Assembly (NCBI GenBank): GCA_030264375.1
Contig: JASCQW010000027.1
Coordinates: 73,979,277-74,043,276 of the forward strand
Length of the DNA: 64,000 nucleotides
Direction: 5' to 3'
From: Carcharhinus longimanus
Lineage: Eukaryota
Positions 51,121-63,959 of the stretch are shown in pieces. A program made the position numbers and the translations under genes. Position 1 is the first letter of the stretch. Each line of letters begins with the position of its first letter. A model generated the notes under the pieces. It made no database searches and had not been told where the DNA came from. It saw only the letters and a program-made list of their open reading frames with translations.

Positions 51121-51489
51121 ACCTAATAAAATGAAGATCAATAGTCTTCCCGAACATGATTGCTCTGTTATCCTTCTGTCATCTGTGCTTCTTTCCATCA
51201 AAGATCTGCTTAACAATAGAGATAGAAACCACATCAGCATTGATGAAAAGGCTGACTTTAGCTAATCTGCAAAGGAGGAAGAACAACATGAGGAATAGGA
51301 AGAGGTAGTGTGCAGTATGGTAAGGGAACAAACAGCCGCACGCATAACTGCCCTGAATGCTTGGGAAGGTCTGATTTGAGGATAGTTTACTTAAACAGAA
51401 TAGACATTATTGGGGCATCACATGTTTCTGGCACAAACCTACCACCTATATGGACAAGAGCAGAAGATGCATGAAACATCCGCACCAGC

Positions 51490-51690
51490 AGGTTCCCCTC
51501 CAAACCATATACCAACCTGACTTGAAAACTATATTGTTGCTGGGTCAAAAACATGGAACTCACTTCCTAACAGCACTAAGTGTAACTCATTTGATGGACT
51601 GAAGCTATTCAAGAAAAACAACTCACCACTTTTTCAAGGGCAATTACAGATAGGCAACAAACACTGGCCTTGCTATTGATACTCACACTC
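51490..51690 (+). mobile_element. CR1-like LINE 3' end
   Basis: gggtcaaaaacatggaactcacttcctaacagcac...caagggcaattacagataggcaacaaacactggcc. Confidence 0.65.
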
Positions 51691-53514
51691 CATGCAGTTG
51701 CAGTTGTCAGTGGCCTTGTCTTTGGAAAGACAAAAATTGACAGCATAAATGATACCTATTCAACCTATGCTTGTGCTGGATTTTTGCTGAATCATTATGA
51801 CTAATCACAATGTCCTGCTCTTCCCATATTTCTCTGTTTTTCTTTGTTTTCAATGTTTTTCTATTCTTGTCATAAAAGTTGCTCTGGTTTGTGCCTCAAC
51901 TGCTCCCTATGATAAAACATTCAAAACCACAAACAATAATAGTCAGATGTACTACACACCACAGCTGCTGCTGCTGCTGTTCCTCTGCCTCACTGTCCAG
52001 CTCCACCAGGAGTCCATAGAAAATTTAAATGGTCCTGATCCTGAAAGATAAGCTGATGTGGGTAAAACTCACTCTATCATCATTGCAATGGAATTCTCAT
52101 CACACAAAAAAAAGCAAATTGAAATCTGAAAAAAAACCCTTGTAGCAATTTTAGGAGCCACAATGTGTCAAATATTATGTTATGATGGCAAGTAAATTTC
52201 CTTGAAGCAGAATGCATGAGGGAAAGTCCTTAAGAAGGGAGAGCAATGGCAGAATGGTTCTGGCCCCAGATACAGATATTCTACCTCTTCAAAGGAAACA
52301 GGAGTATCAGCCCATATGTCTGAGTAAACCTTTCTCAGCTTGCCAAAGTCTAGAGATTTGCATTGCCTCCTTCAGTTTTCAGTTTTTCCCTGTATGGTAA
52401 GCTTCCTTTCCTGCAATCAGTAAGTGGTTGATAAATGTCTGAATGGTTTCCCATGGTTTACCGCAGCCGTTGGCAACTGTGAGGAGGTTAGAGGCATTGG
52501 GAGAGTCTGTCATGCTCCCATCTTCCAATCATGAGAAATTTGCAAGGAAGATGAAAAGCCCGTCCTATGCATTGCCTTGTCTTTCTGTTAGAGAGTACAA
52601 AGGGGTCAGTAAAGATGAGAAAGCATTTCATGTGAGTATCAACTCATTGAAGGAAACAGGCATGTCTTGGCAGTACACTATTAAGAGATAAGAACATAAA
52701 ATGGTACAGCACAGTACAGGCCCTACGGCCCTCCTGGGCAAATTGAGGGACTGAATTTCTCCATTTTCAAGAATGCCCACTTAACTGCAGAAAGTGCAAT
52801 CCTTTTCTATATCTCCTCTTCTCAGGTAACATGACTTCTCGTGGTCTCAGAAGGAAATTATTCTGTCTTTGCTTCTAGAAACTTGTAGCTTCATACTTCA
52901 TCTCGGTAATTAGCAGAAATGAAAGTAATCAGTTTATTGCAAAAATAGCTCAGTGCTGCCATAGGGAGATGCATCTACACATTTTAGTTCCTGCCCAGGA
53001 AACCCTATGTCTCTGATACTCAGTTTTGGTTCTCCCATTCTTCTTCAGGACGTGCTATTGATATTCAAATGAGGAATGTTGCAAATTCTGAGGGCCTGAT
53101 CTTCACAGCAGAGAGATGGAATGAGCTGAAGCAAAATTTGCATATCTATTGTGCCCAGTCTAATTTCAATGGAACCAGTCTGTAAACCACAATCCTATGT
53201 GATAATGTCCACCATTTTTGAAAAAAGTTATATTTAATGCAGTAAGCAAGCTACTACAGGTGGGGTAGCCCCACATAAATACAATTTGTGAGGACAAAAT
53301 ATAAGGTATCATGTGAGACAAGGTCTGCTTCCTGGACCTGTGCTAATCCCAAAATCATGACATCCACTCATGTAACTAAATTACTATGAAAACAAAACTG
53401 AAATGAGAGACAAAATTCTATTGTAGGCCTACTTGGAGCTTGCAAAGAAACACAATAAATCACTGAAAATTGTCATTTCTCTGGGGGTTCAACTGGTCTC
53501 CCAGCAGAGCAATA

Positions 53515-53639
53515 GGGCGGGATTTTACCACCTTACTCGAGCAAGACCAGAAATTCCTACTCGAGGTCAATGGACATTCTCATTGTCTGTCCCTCGGCCG
53601 CTCTGATTCCATGGGTGGCGGGATGGTAAAATCTGGCGG
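53515..53639 (+). mobile_element. GC-rich MITE
   Basis: Imperfect TIRs gggcgggattttacc / ggtaaaatctggcgg. Confidence 0.7.
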
Positions 53640-55104
53640 TAGTGTGAGAGTGGGAGAATCCCCTTGGAATTACATTGCCACATGTTCTAAATGCTGTTCT
53701 AATGATCGTCAAAAATACCACAAAATTAAAACTAGTAAGTTGCTCAGCCAATATAAATACATTAAAGAACCTCAAATAAGCTGTAGCATAAATACAAACC
53801 CAACGATAAGATATATCCTTCAGTCTCTTACTTTAAAAAAGACTATGCAATTTAAAAATAATTACACTATTCATGAATTGTATTTGTATCAGGTTAATCA
53901 AAGCTGGTAATTTCAGAAACTGGTAAGTCGAAGTGGTCTTTTGAAAACTAAGTCATTATAGTTTTTATATCTTTTCAGTTTTGAGCTCAGATTTACATAA
54001 GGCTTCAGCGAGCCATGCATAATGAATTTTCCTCATTCTTAAATTTTATTTAATGCGCTTATTTCATTCATAAAATGTTGAGTGAACTAGTGATTGCTTA
54101 TTAGAGTCTTCTTGAGTTCTCTGCCCACAGGCAAAATCTGACCCATAGCGCTATGGGCAGGGCCAACAAACTCCATACCAGCCAAAACAGAGATTAATGG
54201 TGTTGGCATCAATCTGATACACACCAACCGTCCAGCCATCTGAACCAACCAGCCTCCCCAAGATGTCCAAATTGCTGTGGCAATATACATGTTTACATGA
54301 ACCTTGTAGTCTGGAGCTATGGGTAGTGATGGTTGAGCCTTCAGTTTCTTTCTATCACTTGGCTGACCAGGCATTTGTCCGGATCTTACCACCTGCCACT
54401 GATGCATGTTGGAAGAATTTACATGTTGATAGCAGTTTGGCAGTGTCATAAATGCAATTTTCTGGAGTGAGACTTGAACCTGGAGCTTCTAACTCAGAGG
54501 CAGGGGTGCTCTCCACTGTGTCACAAGACCTCCTTTTATTAGAATCACATTTGCCAAATGTACATGCTTGTGAAACATTGGCTTCTCAGATAAAAGCTCG
54601 GCAATTTATAATCTTCTGCTGATTTCAGCCACATCTCCACCTTCATTAGCTGCACAATGCGAGCAATTGTAGGTTAAGTGCATATTGTTGATATTTTTTG
54701 CTGAGCCTAGGGAAGAGAACCCAACATATAATTACTGGCGACAATTGTTAATATCAGGTTTGTATACTGTAATGACATAATATACAACTGATCTCTTCAC
54801 AACTTTTCACTCAGCAGGATTCCGTGTAGGCATGCTCATTTCAGTCATATCAGTGACTGGAATAGGTAATGTAATGTCCAGCATTGGAAACAACAGAGCA
54901 GGAAATTTATTTTGACAAGTCTCTGGAGTTTACAGATGTTCCAGTTGTAGCATAGAAATGAAAATAAGTACTTTTGCTGTCTTGATTGCTGCTGCAATGT
55001 ACTGGAAACATAAAGAGAAGATTAGGCACAGTAAGCCTACATTGATAATTTGAATGAGTACAGTGACTAAAAGTAGAAAGAGAATATATAGAAAAATAAT
55101 ATAA

Positions 55105-55395
55105 CATAGAATCATGGACTCCCTACATGTCTGCACCAACTGTCTCCGATACAGCATCTTACCCAGATCCTCTCCCCAGAACCCCACATATTTACCCCAC
55201 TAATCCCCCTAATCTACACATCTAGGGACAGTAAGGAGCATTTTAACATGGCTAATCCACCTAATCTACACCTCATAGGAGGAAAATGGAGCACCCGGAG
55301 AAAACCCACACAGACAAGGGGAGAATGTGCAAACTCCACCCGAGGCCGGAATGGAACCCGGGGCCCTGGCACTATGAGGCAGCAGTGCTAACCAT
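55105..55395 (-). mobile_element. HE1-type V-SINE
   Basis: catagaatc tail...ggagcacccggagaaaaccca...gcagtgctaacca. Confidence 0.85.
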
Positions 55396-55759
55396 ATTGA
55401 CAAAATAATTTATCCAAGATCTTTTGGGGGGTGTTTCATGCCATTCTTGTGTAAAATTTAACAGTGCAATGTGCTTTTCCCTTAGAATGAAGCAAGCAAT
55501 TAACATTCTAATCCAATGACTGTTAGACTCAATTAAGCAATAAACTGGAAGTGCACATATGAATTCAGCTTGTGTTTCATAAAGTACCAAAGGCTATGAT
55601 TTTCTTGGTTTGTTTGATAAAACAAGTTAATTTATTGTTTGTTGCAAATGGTCATGATTGGTCATTCTCCATTCATTTACTGATTAAAGCAAATTTTGTG
55701 TTCTTTTATCTTAATACTTTTGAATATTACTGCATATCTGAAATATATTCATATACATG

Positions 55760-56165
55760 ACATAAGGACATAAAGAACATAAGAACTAGGAGCAGGAATA
55801 GGCCATTTGGCCCCTCAAGTCTGCTCTGCCACTCAGTAGATCATGGCTGATCTTTTCGTCGACAGCTCAACTTACCTACCTGCTCACCATAACACTTAGT
55901 TCCTTTACTGTTCAAAAATCTATCTATCTTTGCCTCAAAAATATTCAATGAAGTAGCCTGAACTACTTCACTGGGCAGGGAATTCCACAGATTCACAACC
56001 CTTTGTGTGAAGAAGTTCCTCCTCAACTCAGTCTGAAATCTGCTCTCTCTCATTTTGAGGCTATGTCCCCTAGTTCTAGTTTCACCCGCCAATGGAAACA
56101 ACTTCCCTGCTTCTATCTTATCTAACCTTTGATAATCTTGTATGTTTCTATAAGATCTCCCCTCA
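55760..56165 (-). mobile_element. CR1 LINE 3' end
   Basis: DKIEAGKLFPLAGETRTRGHSLK...RNFFTQRVVNLWNSLP; same subfamily as 44275-44640. Confidence 0.9.
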
Positions 56166-56304
56166 AGTGACCCAAGCCGGGAATTGAACCTGGGCTGCTG
56201 GCACTGTGAGGCTTTAGTGCTAACCACTTTGCGACCATACCTCCCTAAAGCTATAGAGGAAGGAATTGCATTTAGGGAGACACAAGTCTCTTTCCTTGTG
56301 GCAA

Positions 56305-56965
56305 CAGATGTGGAGAAGGTAGTCAAGAATTCATATGGCATGCTTGCCTTCATCGGTCGGGGCACTGAGTATAAAAATTGGCAGGTCAGACTGCAGCTGT
56401 ACAGAACCTTAGTTAGGCCTCATTTAGAATATTGTATACAATTCTGGTCGCCACACTACCTGAAGGATGTGGATGCTTTGGAGAGGGTACCAAAGAGGTT
56501 TACCAGGATGTTGCCGGGTCTGGAGGGTATTCACCATGAGGGGAGGTTGGATAAACTCAGTTTGTTCTCACTGGAACGATGGAGATTGAGGGGTGACCTG
56601 ATGGAGGTTTACAAGATTGTGAGTGGCATGGACAGAGTAGATAGTCAGATGATCTTTCCTAGAGTAGATACGTCAAGTACTCGGGGACATAGAGTTAAGG
56701 TGCTTGGGGAAGAGTTCAGAAGAGCTGTGTGAGGTAAGTTTTTTTACACAGAGGGTGGTGAATGTCTGCAGAGTGCCTTGGGAGGTGGTGGGAGCAGATA
56801 TGATAGCGGCATTTAAGGGACAATTAGAAGAATGCATGAAGAAGCTGGGAATGGAAGGATATGGACTCCGGAAGTGCATACGGTTTTAGTTTAGGCAGGC
56901 ATCATGATTGACATAGGCATGGGGGCCGAACGGCCTGTTTCTGTGCCACACTGTTCTTCGTTCTT
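56305..56965 (+). mobile_element. CR1 LINE 3' portion
   Basis: YGMLAFIGRG...LYRTLVRPHLEYCIQFWSP...RFTRMLPGL...LRGDLMEVYKI. Confidence 0.92.
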
Positions 56966-57344
56966 GAGCCTGTTTTGTTGCAGCTGGGTGTTTATCATCA
57001 GACGGCAGAGCAAGTGGGTGTCTGGTCAACCCTCGCTGTCCACAAACCCCACCACATCGCGACTTGTTTACCCGCACACAGGTCCAGTTGTCCGTATAAT
57101 GGCAGCACGCCCCAAAGCTCTGCTGTCCCCAGTTCAGAATGTTGAACTCTCATCGTTCCCGCGTGTTTCTCCCGGAGAAAGGCGTGCTGGGTCCACGCAT
57201 GTTCGCTGGTACGCAATTTCACACGAGGCAAGAATTCGCGGCAACGCAACCCAGCCCTCTGCAGTAAACTAATTCCCACAGATACACCACCCCCCTCTCT
57301 GAGAGAAGAAATTCCTCCTCATCTCCATCTTAAACGGGTGAGAC

Positions 57345-58130
57345 CCTCGACGGACAACGTAGGCCAGTGAGTGAGGGGGCCACGAGAGGGGTCCGCTTTC
57401 CCCTCAGTGGGCCACAAGATTGAAACTGGGCTTGTTCACAAACCATGACCCTGTGAATAAGATTCAGTCCATGAATGCTCCACAATGAGTTACGGAAAAT
57501 GCTTAATCATTGATATATAAATAGAGCTGTCATCAGCCTCAACTGGTAAAAATGAAAGAAATGTTTGCACTTTGTTCACAGAGGGAGCGCACGGCTCTCA
57601 CAGTCAATGTTGTGAGCAACCAGCACACACCTTCACTTGTCCTTGCTTAATGTGCAAACTGGTAAGAAAATAACTACCCAAATGTGGCAAACCCTGCACC
57701 TGGGCAACGGTCAACAAAATGTCTTGTGGGCCCCACTCGGGTCCCGGATGGTTGCATGTGGCACCCGTTGCCCATTGCTGGATTATGCCCTCTGGTCCTG
57801 GATTCCCCTGTGAGGGGAAACAGCCCCTCAACATCTATTGAACATTCCACCACACACACACACACCACACACAAACGCCGCCGCCACCCCCCCCGCCCCA
57901 ACTCCCCTCCCAAATACAGTCCTGCTGCAGTTTGACCCGTGTGAAGATGGCAGCGGCACATTCGCTCCATTGCATTGGCAGAGGCATTACCATAGAGGAT
58001 GCACCAGTGCACTGATGACAGACAGTTAACTGCCAGACTTTGTTTAAATTCAACTCCGAACCGGGGAATTGGCTGTCTCCTGTTCTGTTCGACTGAAACA
58101 AGCACATTCTGGACCCCAGTGTGTGGGGTT
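57345..58130. mobile_element. Unclassified interspersed repeat (paralog of 21060-21750)
   Basis: Shares two collinear blocks with 21060-21750. Confidence 0.5.
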
Positions 58131-58781
58131 TCTAGCACATGGAACTACACGTGTTATTATCAGCACACTATTAACATTATCGCTTATAAAGACTTAGCTG
58201 CATAAAATTTTCCTTCTGTCCCAGTGGATCCCTGCTTTTACTCAACCTTTGGCTTCTCATGGGAGCAACATGGAAAGAGTATCACTGGAGGCTGGAATTC
58301 ACACGCATTTCTTTCCACGTTCCAGCCATTTGTCAGAGTCTGAGACATGAGGTTAGTGTGGGGTTAGGAAAAGGTGTTGGCATCAGCTGTCACCGTACTG
58401 AATGGCGAAGCAGGCCCGATGGGCTGAATGGTCTCCAGTGGGCCTGATGTGCCAAACTGATTACACATACCTGGTGTTTACCCAGTAAAAACCTTCTGAA
58501 CTGGAGCAACCTGAAGTCTGATAGTGAAGTTGATGTGATTGTCATATCCCACTCAACTTCACTTTGAAATTCATTCTCCAAACATAAAAACCGCTTCTGA
58601 AAATCCACCAAAAGTCTTATTGGAAAGCAGCTGGATCACCAGACAGGATATTTGACACTCAGGATGTAGAGGAACAGGGATNNNNNNNNNNNNNNNNNNN
58701 NNNNNNNNNNNNNNNNNNNNNNNNNNNNNNNNNNNNNNNNNNNNNNNNNNNNNNNNNNNNNNNNNNNNNNNNNNNNNNNNN

Positions 58782-59440
58782 CCAGTGGAAACAACCTCCC
58801 TGCTTCTTTCATAACTATTCCCTTCATAGTCTTATATGTTTGCATCAGATCTCTCCTCATTCTTCTGAATTCCAATGAGTATAGTCCCAGTCTATCAGTC
58901 TCTCAACATAAGCCAACCCCCTCAACTCCGGAATCAACCTCGTGAACCTCCTCTGCACCCTCTTCAGTTCCGGTACATTCTTTCTCAAGTAAGGAGACCA
59001 AAACTGTACATGGTACTCCAGGTGTGGCCTCACCAGCACCTTAAACAGCTGCAAAATAACTCCCTTTTTGTAAACTCCATCCCTCTAGCAATTAAGGACA
59101 AAATCCAAATTTCCTTCTTAATTAGCTGCTGCACCTGTAAACCAACTTCTTGCGATTAATGCATGAGGACACCAGGTTGCTCTGAACAGCAGCATGCTGC
59201 AATTTTTTTTTACCATTTAAATAATAGCCCATTTTACTGTTAGTCCTACCAAAATAGGTGACCCTACATTTTCAACATTGTACTCCATCTGCCAGACTTT
59301 TGCCCACTCACTTAAACTATCTATATTGCTTTGTAGACTTTAAATGTCCTCTGCACACTTTGCTCTGCCATTCATCTTAGTGTCATCTGCGAATTTTGAC
59401 AGACTGCACTTAGTCCCCAACCCCCAAATGATCTATGTAA
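58782..59440 (-). mobile_element. CR1 RT fragment
   Basis: LFKVLVRPHLEYHVQFWSPYLRK...VQRRFTRLIPEL; KFADDTK at ~59380. Confidence 0.9.
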
Positions 59441-60489
59441 ATAACTTTCCCTATCATTTCAGTCAAGTGTTAATGTGACAGTTGAAGAAGACAGCTTATA
59501 CCTGAGTCATCTTTATACATTAGCCAAAGTCCTGGGCACTACTTCAATGGCTACAATCATCTTTCATATTTAGAAAACTTCCTTCTTCTCTAAAGCCTGT
59601 TTTCATGACCACTTAGCAGGGAATGGACATGAACTGAAACAATCTGACCAACTAGTGTATTTTCCTCCCATGCCATTGTCCTCTCATGCCAGCCTCCTGC
59701 TGGTTTATACCTGGTGTATCACTGAGTCACAGTCAAAATATCAAAAAGCTAATGTTCCTGAACTGATGCTTTGTATATTTAAACTGACTGATAGTGTAGG
59801 GTTCAGATATACTTCCTTCTTCCACCTTCTTGGACATTATCTATATTTTGCATTTATTGAAATGTATCTTTGGCCATTGCAACACTTTGTCTTATTTCTT
59901 GGTCGTGTTTTCCTTCTGATGTTAACATACTTCCTGGGTAACAAAATGTGCTTATCGATGTAACCTTTTTATTCTGATGATTTCCTTTTTGCACACAACT
60001 ATTTTTTCTTACAATTTTATGCTCAGTCCTTTCTTCTCACTTCCACATCCTTTGCAGTTTCTCTTCAGAGTTGGCAATAATTATCAGCATGTCTTATATT
60101 CTTAGAATTGTAACCTCCTAACTAATAATCCAGGATGGTTTTCAATTTCTCCAAAACATTTTTGACAGAAAAATTAAACGAATCTGGGGAGAAAACACAC
60201 CCATTTAATCCTCTTTGCTTGTGGGATCTTGCTGCATGTAAACTGGTCACTGCAATTTGCAGCAAAACAACAATGACTGCACTTCAAAGGACATGCTATG
60301 GTGGCATACAATGGACATTTTTGTTCCTGTTTAAGACTTAACCAATATACATATCAAAGGGAATCATACCTTTATAAATTTAGGCATTTACATGTCATCG
60401 CCACTCATTTTTTAAAAAAGAACTAACTTCTGGAATATTCTGAGGTCCTGGTGCACAAGCTACAACACCAGCCATCCACCCATCACTTT

Positions 60490-61085
60490 ATGGCCTTCCC
60501 GCCTGAACATTGAGTTCAAACAACTTCAGAGTATGAACTCTCTGTCTTCCACATTCATCCCATTTCCATTTATTTTGTTTTGTCTTTTCATCTTATCCAT
60601 TTTTATTACTTTATATTCTTATTTTTATTTTTCCATTTCTAAACTTTCGCTTGTTTTCCAACTCCCTCCAAACCAGGGTCAAAAAATGCAGCTGAGGAAG
60701 GATCATCCTGATTTGAAACGTTGGCTCTATTCTCTCTCCACAGATGCTGTCAGACCGGCTGAGATTTTCCAGCATTTTCTATTTTTGTTTCAGATTCCAG
60801 CATCCGCGCTATTTTGCCTTTATCCACCCATCAGTGCCTGATAGCCACTGCTGCTCCAGTAGCACAGTGGACGAGGAGAAAAGTCAGTCAGAACTGCTTC
60901 CAACAGACGTGGATCTCAAACCCTGCCGCAGTTTAACTCCGATAAAGGCACTGCGGATGCTGGAATCTGAAACAAAAACAGAAAATGCTGGAGAAACTCA
61001 GCAGGCCTGACAGCAGTTGGCTCTATCCTCTCTCCACAGATGCTGTCAGACCCGTTGAATTTCTCCAGCATTTTCTAGAGTTTTT
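60490..61085 (+). mobile_element. Penelope-like 3' end with direct and inverted terminal-repeat pieces
   Basis: LNIEF..NFR remnant at ~60503; ctgaggaaggatcatcctgatttgaaacgtt; repeated ccacagatgctgtcagacc blocks. Confidence 0.7.
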
Positions 61086-61109
61086 TTTGCTGCAGTTTCA
61101 CCATTCTGG

Positions 61110-61709
61110 GCAGCAACAACTACACTTCCCGGTATACACTGGACTCATTGTTTGGGGCGGATCAGCCANNNNNNNNNNNNNNNNNNNNNNNNNNNNNNNN
61201 NNNNNNNNNNNNNNNNNNNNNNNNNNNNNNNNNNNNNNNNNNNNNNNNNNNNNNNNNNNNNNNNNNNNCATGATGTCATGGTGCTAGCTTGCTGTGGGCT
61301 GGCTGTGTGAGCATCCTGAGCAAGGGCTGGGCGTCCTCCTCTGGTAGAAAGGAGCAGCATCTCCACACTCAGCAGCCAGTCTGATGGTGGAGCCGGCTAG
61401 CTGCAATAGCACAACCAGCCAAATGACAAAGGCGTTGCCAGCTGCAAATGGGCGAACAGTGCAACCGCGAAGCATCCGCTCTCCAGCGTCCCTGCCCTGA
61501 AGAGCATCACTTGCAATTGCAGCCGGGGTTGGGTGTGTGTGCTGGCGGTGCAGACCCGAATGCGTTGGCCGGCATGCTGCACTGAGTAACGATGCGGAAC
61601 GGGTGCATTGCTTTATTGCAGACACAATACATTCAGTGAGGTGGGGAGGCTGTTTGATCTGCATTGCATTCCGAGCAAACAAGGGGAGCGGCCACACCAA
61701 CAAAACAAG
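61110..61709 (+). promoter_or_regulatory. CpG-enriched putative promoter / 5'UTR of the kinesin gene
   Basis: Raised CpG density; ETS-like cacttcccgg (~61123), GC box ggggcgg (~61154) and CRE-like tgatgtca (~61271). Interrupted by a 100-N gap. Confidence 0.5.
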
Positions 61710-62241
61710 ATGTCTAAAGCCAAGGTCTGCGAATCGGTGAAGGTGGTTGTCAGATGCCGTCCAATGAATGGGAAAGAAGAAGCGGCTGCTTGTGAGCGGA
61801 TTGTGGACATGGATGTGAAATTGGGACAGGTGGCTATTCAAAACCCCAAAACCATTCCCACCGAGGTGCCCAAGACCTTCACATTTGATGCCGTCTATGA
61901 CAGCAGCTCCAAGCAAAGCGACCTGTACGACGAGACAGTCCGCCCTCTGGTTGACTCGGTTCTGCAGGGGTTCAATGGGACAGTATTCGCCTATGGTCAG
62001 ACAGGGACTGGGAAAACATACACCATGCAAGGCATCTGGGCCGAACCGGAGAAAAGAGGCATCATTCCCAATTCATTCGAACACATTTTCACCCACATAT
62101 CGCGATCCCAGGACCAGCAGTACCTGGTGAGGGCTTCCTATCTGGAGATCTACCAGGAGGAGATCCGAGACCTTCTCAACAAGGATGAGAACAAAAAACT
62201 GGAGCTAAAAGAAAAGCCAGAAACTGGTGTTTATATTAAAG
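61710..62241 (+). CDS. KIF3C: Kinesin-2 family motor, first coding exon (177 codons + 1 nt), KIF3C-like
   Basis: ATG at 61710 (aagATGt). Translation [23 protein letters not shown]...[54 protein letters not shown]...[17 protein letters not shown]...PETGVYIK includes the P-loop GQTGTGKT. [14 protein letters not shown], GTVFAY, TMQG and PETGVYIK match KIF3C rather than KIF3B as I recall them. Donor AAAG|gtaaaa at 62241/62242. Confidence 0.9.
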
Positions 62242-63959
62242 GTAAAATCTGAATTGGTTTCGTTAAGGTTGCAAATGCGTTCTATGAAATGCACAGCAGA
62301 TAAATAAAACGTGTAAACACTTGGCAGTGGGACTGCCAGTGATTCGATTTGTTTTCTTCCCAAGATAATGGGAGGAGGAGGAGGATGGAGAGAGGAGGGG
62401 CCAGTTTCATCAAACAATTGGCATTTTGTTGAGAAATTGAAAGGCCAGCCAATAATTCCACTCCAATCCAGTATATTAATCATCCTTATTTTTGCTTCAG
62501 GACAAATCTTAATCTCTGAGTCACCAATTTTTTACCTAAGGATTTGCAAATTGTTGGAATTATCATTGTTACAGAAATAAATGACTCGTCAAACACACAT
62601 GCTAATACACACTAAAACATCTAGTTGATCAGAGGATCTGTAAGTGGTTATATTTAGATGATAGCTAACATCTTCTAGCACCTCAGTGATGAATCAAACA
62701 CTCGAATACACTTTTAGCTCTCAGTCTGTTTGCTGGGCTCAGCCGTGAATCAGCTAAAAAATACCATTTGAATAAGTTGCTATTCATGACCGTCATTCCC
62801 TGTCAGACCGTTCAATCGAATTTGATGTCCTCAGCAAAATGCTGACATCATTATGGATGGTATTGGCTCATTATCTTCAATTAAGTGTTTTAGTAATTGG
62901 TAGAACTGTCAATTAAATTGAACAATGGTTCAATTAACTGCAGTTGGACTGAGTTTTGAATTCATTCCTCTTATTTTTATATTCTCCTGCTTACAGTTCT
63001 TTTCTAGGATTCCAGTGAACTAGTCCGTCATCATTGCCAATGCCGTAGGGCGAAAGGGAAACAGAGAAGCGTAACCAATTAATGACAGCAGTTCTGAAGA
63101 AAGGTCATTGACCTGACGCGTGAATTCTTGTTTCTCCCTCACAGATGCTGCCTGACTTGCTGAGCATTTCCAGCACTTTTATTTCAGATTTCCAGCATCT
63201 GCATTATTTTGCTTTAGTGTAACTGTTCTTCGTTTGGCAAATTGCTTTAGTGCTGATGAGTGACTTGTATTCATTTGTTCCTGACTAGTATAGGTCCAAG
63301 TGAGAAACAACATGTTGGTGTTTACAATGTTCTGACAAATTGACATAGGCATTGACTTGCCCAGAACTAAAAACAGAGATCAGCTCCACTTCGTTAAATA
63401 GATTTTGAATGAAAATTGTTTAAATGTTATCTAAACATCTATCAACACTGTAATTTTATTCATGGGTGTAAATTCTGCACATGTTCTAAGTATTTACGCC
63501 CTGATTTAATTGCACATAGTTTTGGAGAGAGTTTCTGCTGAAAGTAATGGTTCAAAATAACATCGCTATCTTTCTCTGTAGGAGATCAAAACAGTTCACG
63601 GAAACATTGATTATAGATCAATCTACAGTTTGGGGCATTTTTTACAATCTAGAGTTTATTTTTGATATGCCAAATAACTATTTTGGTTTCCTTTGTTCAT
63701 CCAGGAATGATAGCTTAAGTATGAAACAGGATTTTTTGGAAAGGAGGGTCCTCATCACCTGTCTCCTTTGTTGTAGCAAGATTAGTGATGACACAGTTTA
63801 AAACATGAAAAGAAAGTGAGACCTGTAATGGCATGTTTCCTCAGTGTGAGTCTTGTAAACTCTCCTTCAGTTAAATGGGGAAACCTTATAATTTAGGAAA
63901 GTGGCTCTTTTATAATGAACAGCGGACCATGGTCAAACGTTTTTATTCTTAATTTACAG
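62242..63959 (+). other. GT-AG phase-1 intron inside the kinesin motor domain
   Basis: gtaaaa...tttacag; splicing restores the frame VYIK|DLSSFVTK. Confidence 0.92.
63088..63218 (+). mobile_element. Penelope-like terminal repeat in the kinesin intron
   Basis: agttctgaagaaaggtcattgacctga...cacagatgctgcctgacttgctgagcatttccagc. Confidence 0.7.

Noticed and set aside
61608-61709. In-frame N-terminal extension of the kinesin ORF in the ORF track
   Set aside because: It starts at a TTG; homology begins at ATG 61710. The trailing GKI* is intron read-through.
61284-62030. 248-aa minus-strand ORF
   Set aside because: Antisense shadow of the GC-rich kinesin exon; no recognisable domain.
62686-62847. 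GTGATGA box C in the kinesin intron
   Set aside because: The nearest CTGA is too distant, and there is no supporting stem or guide.
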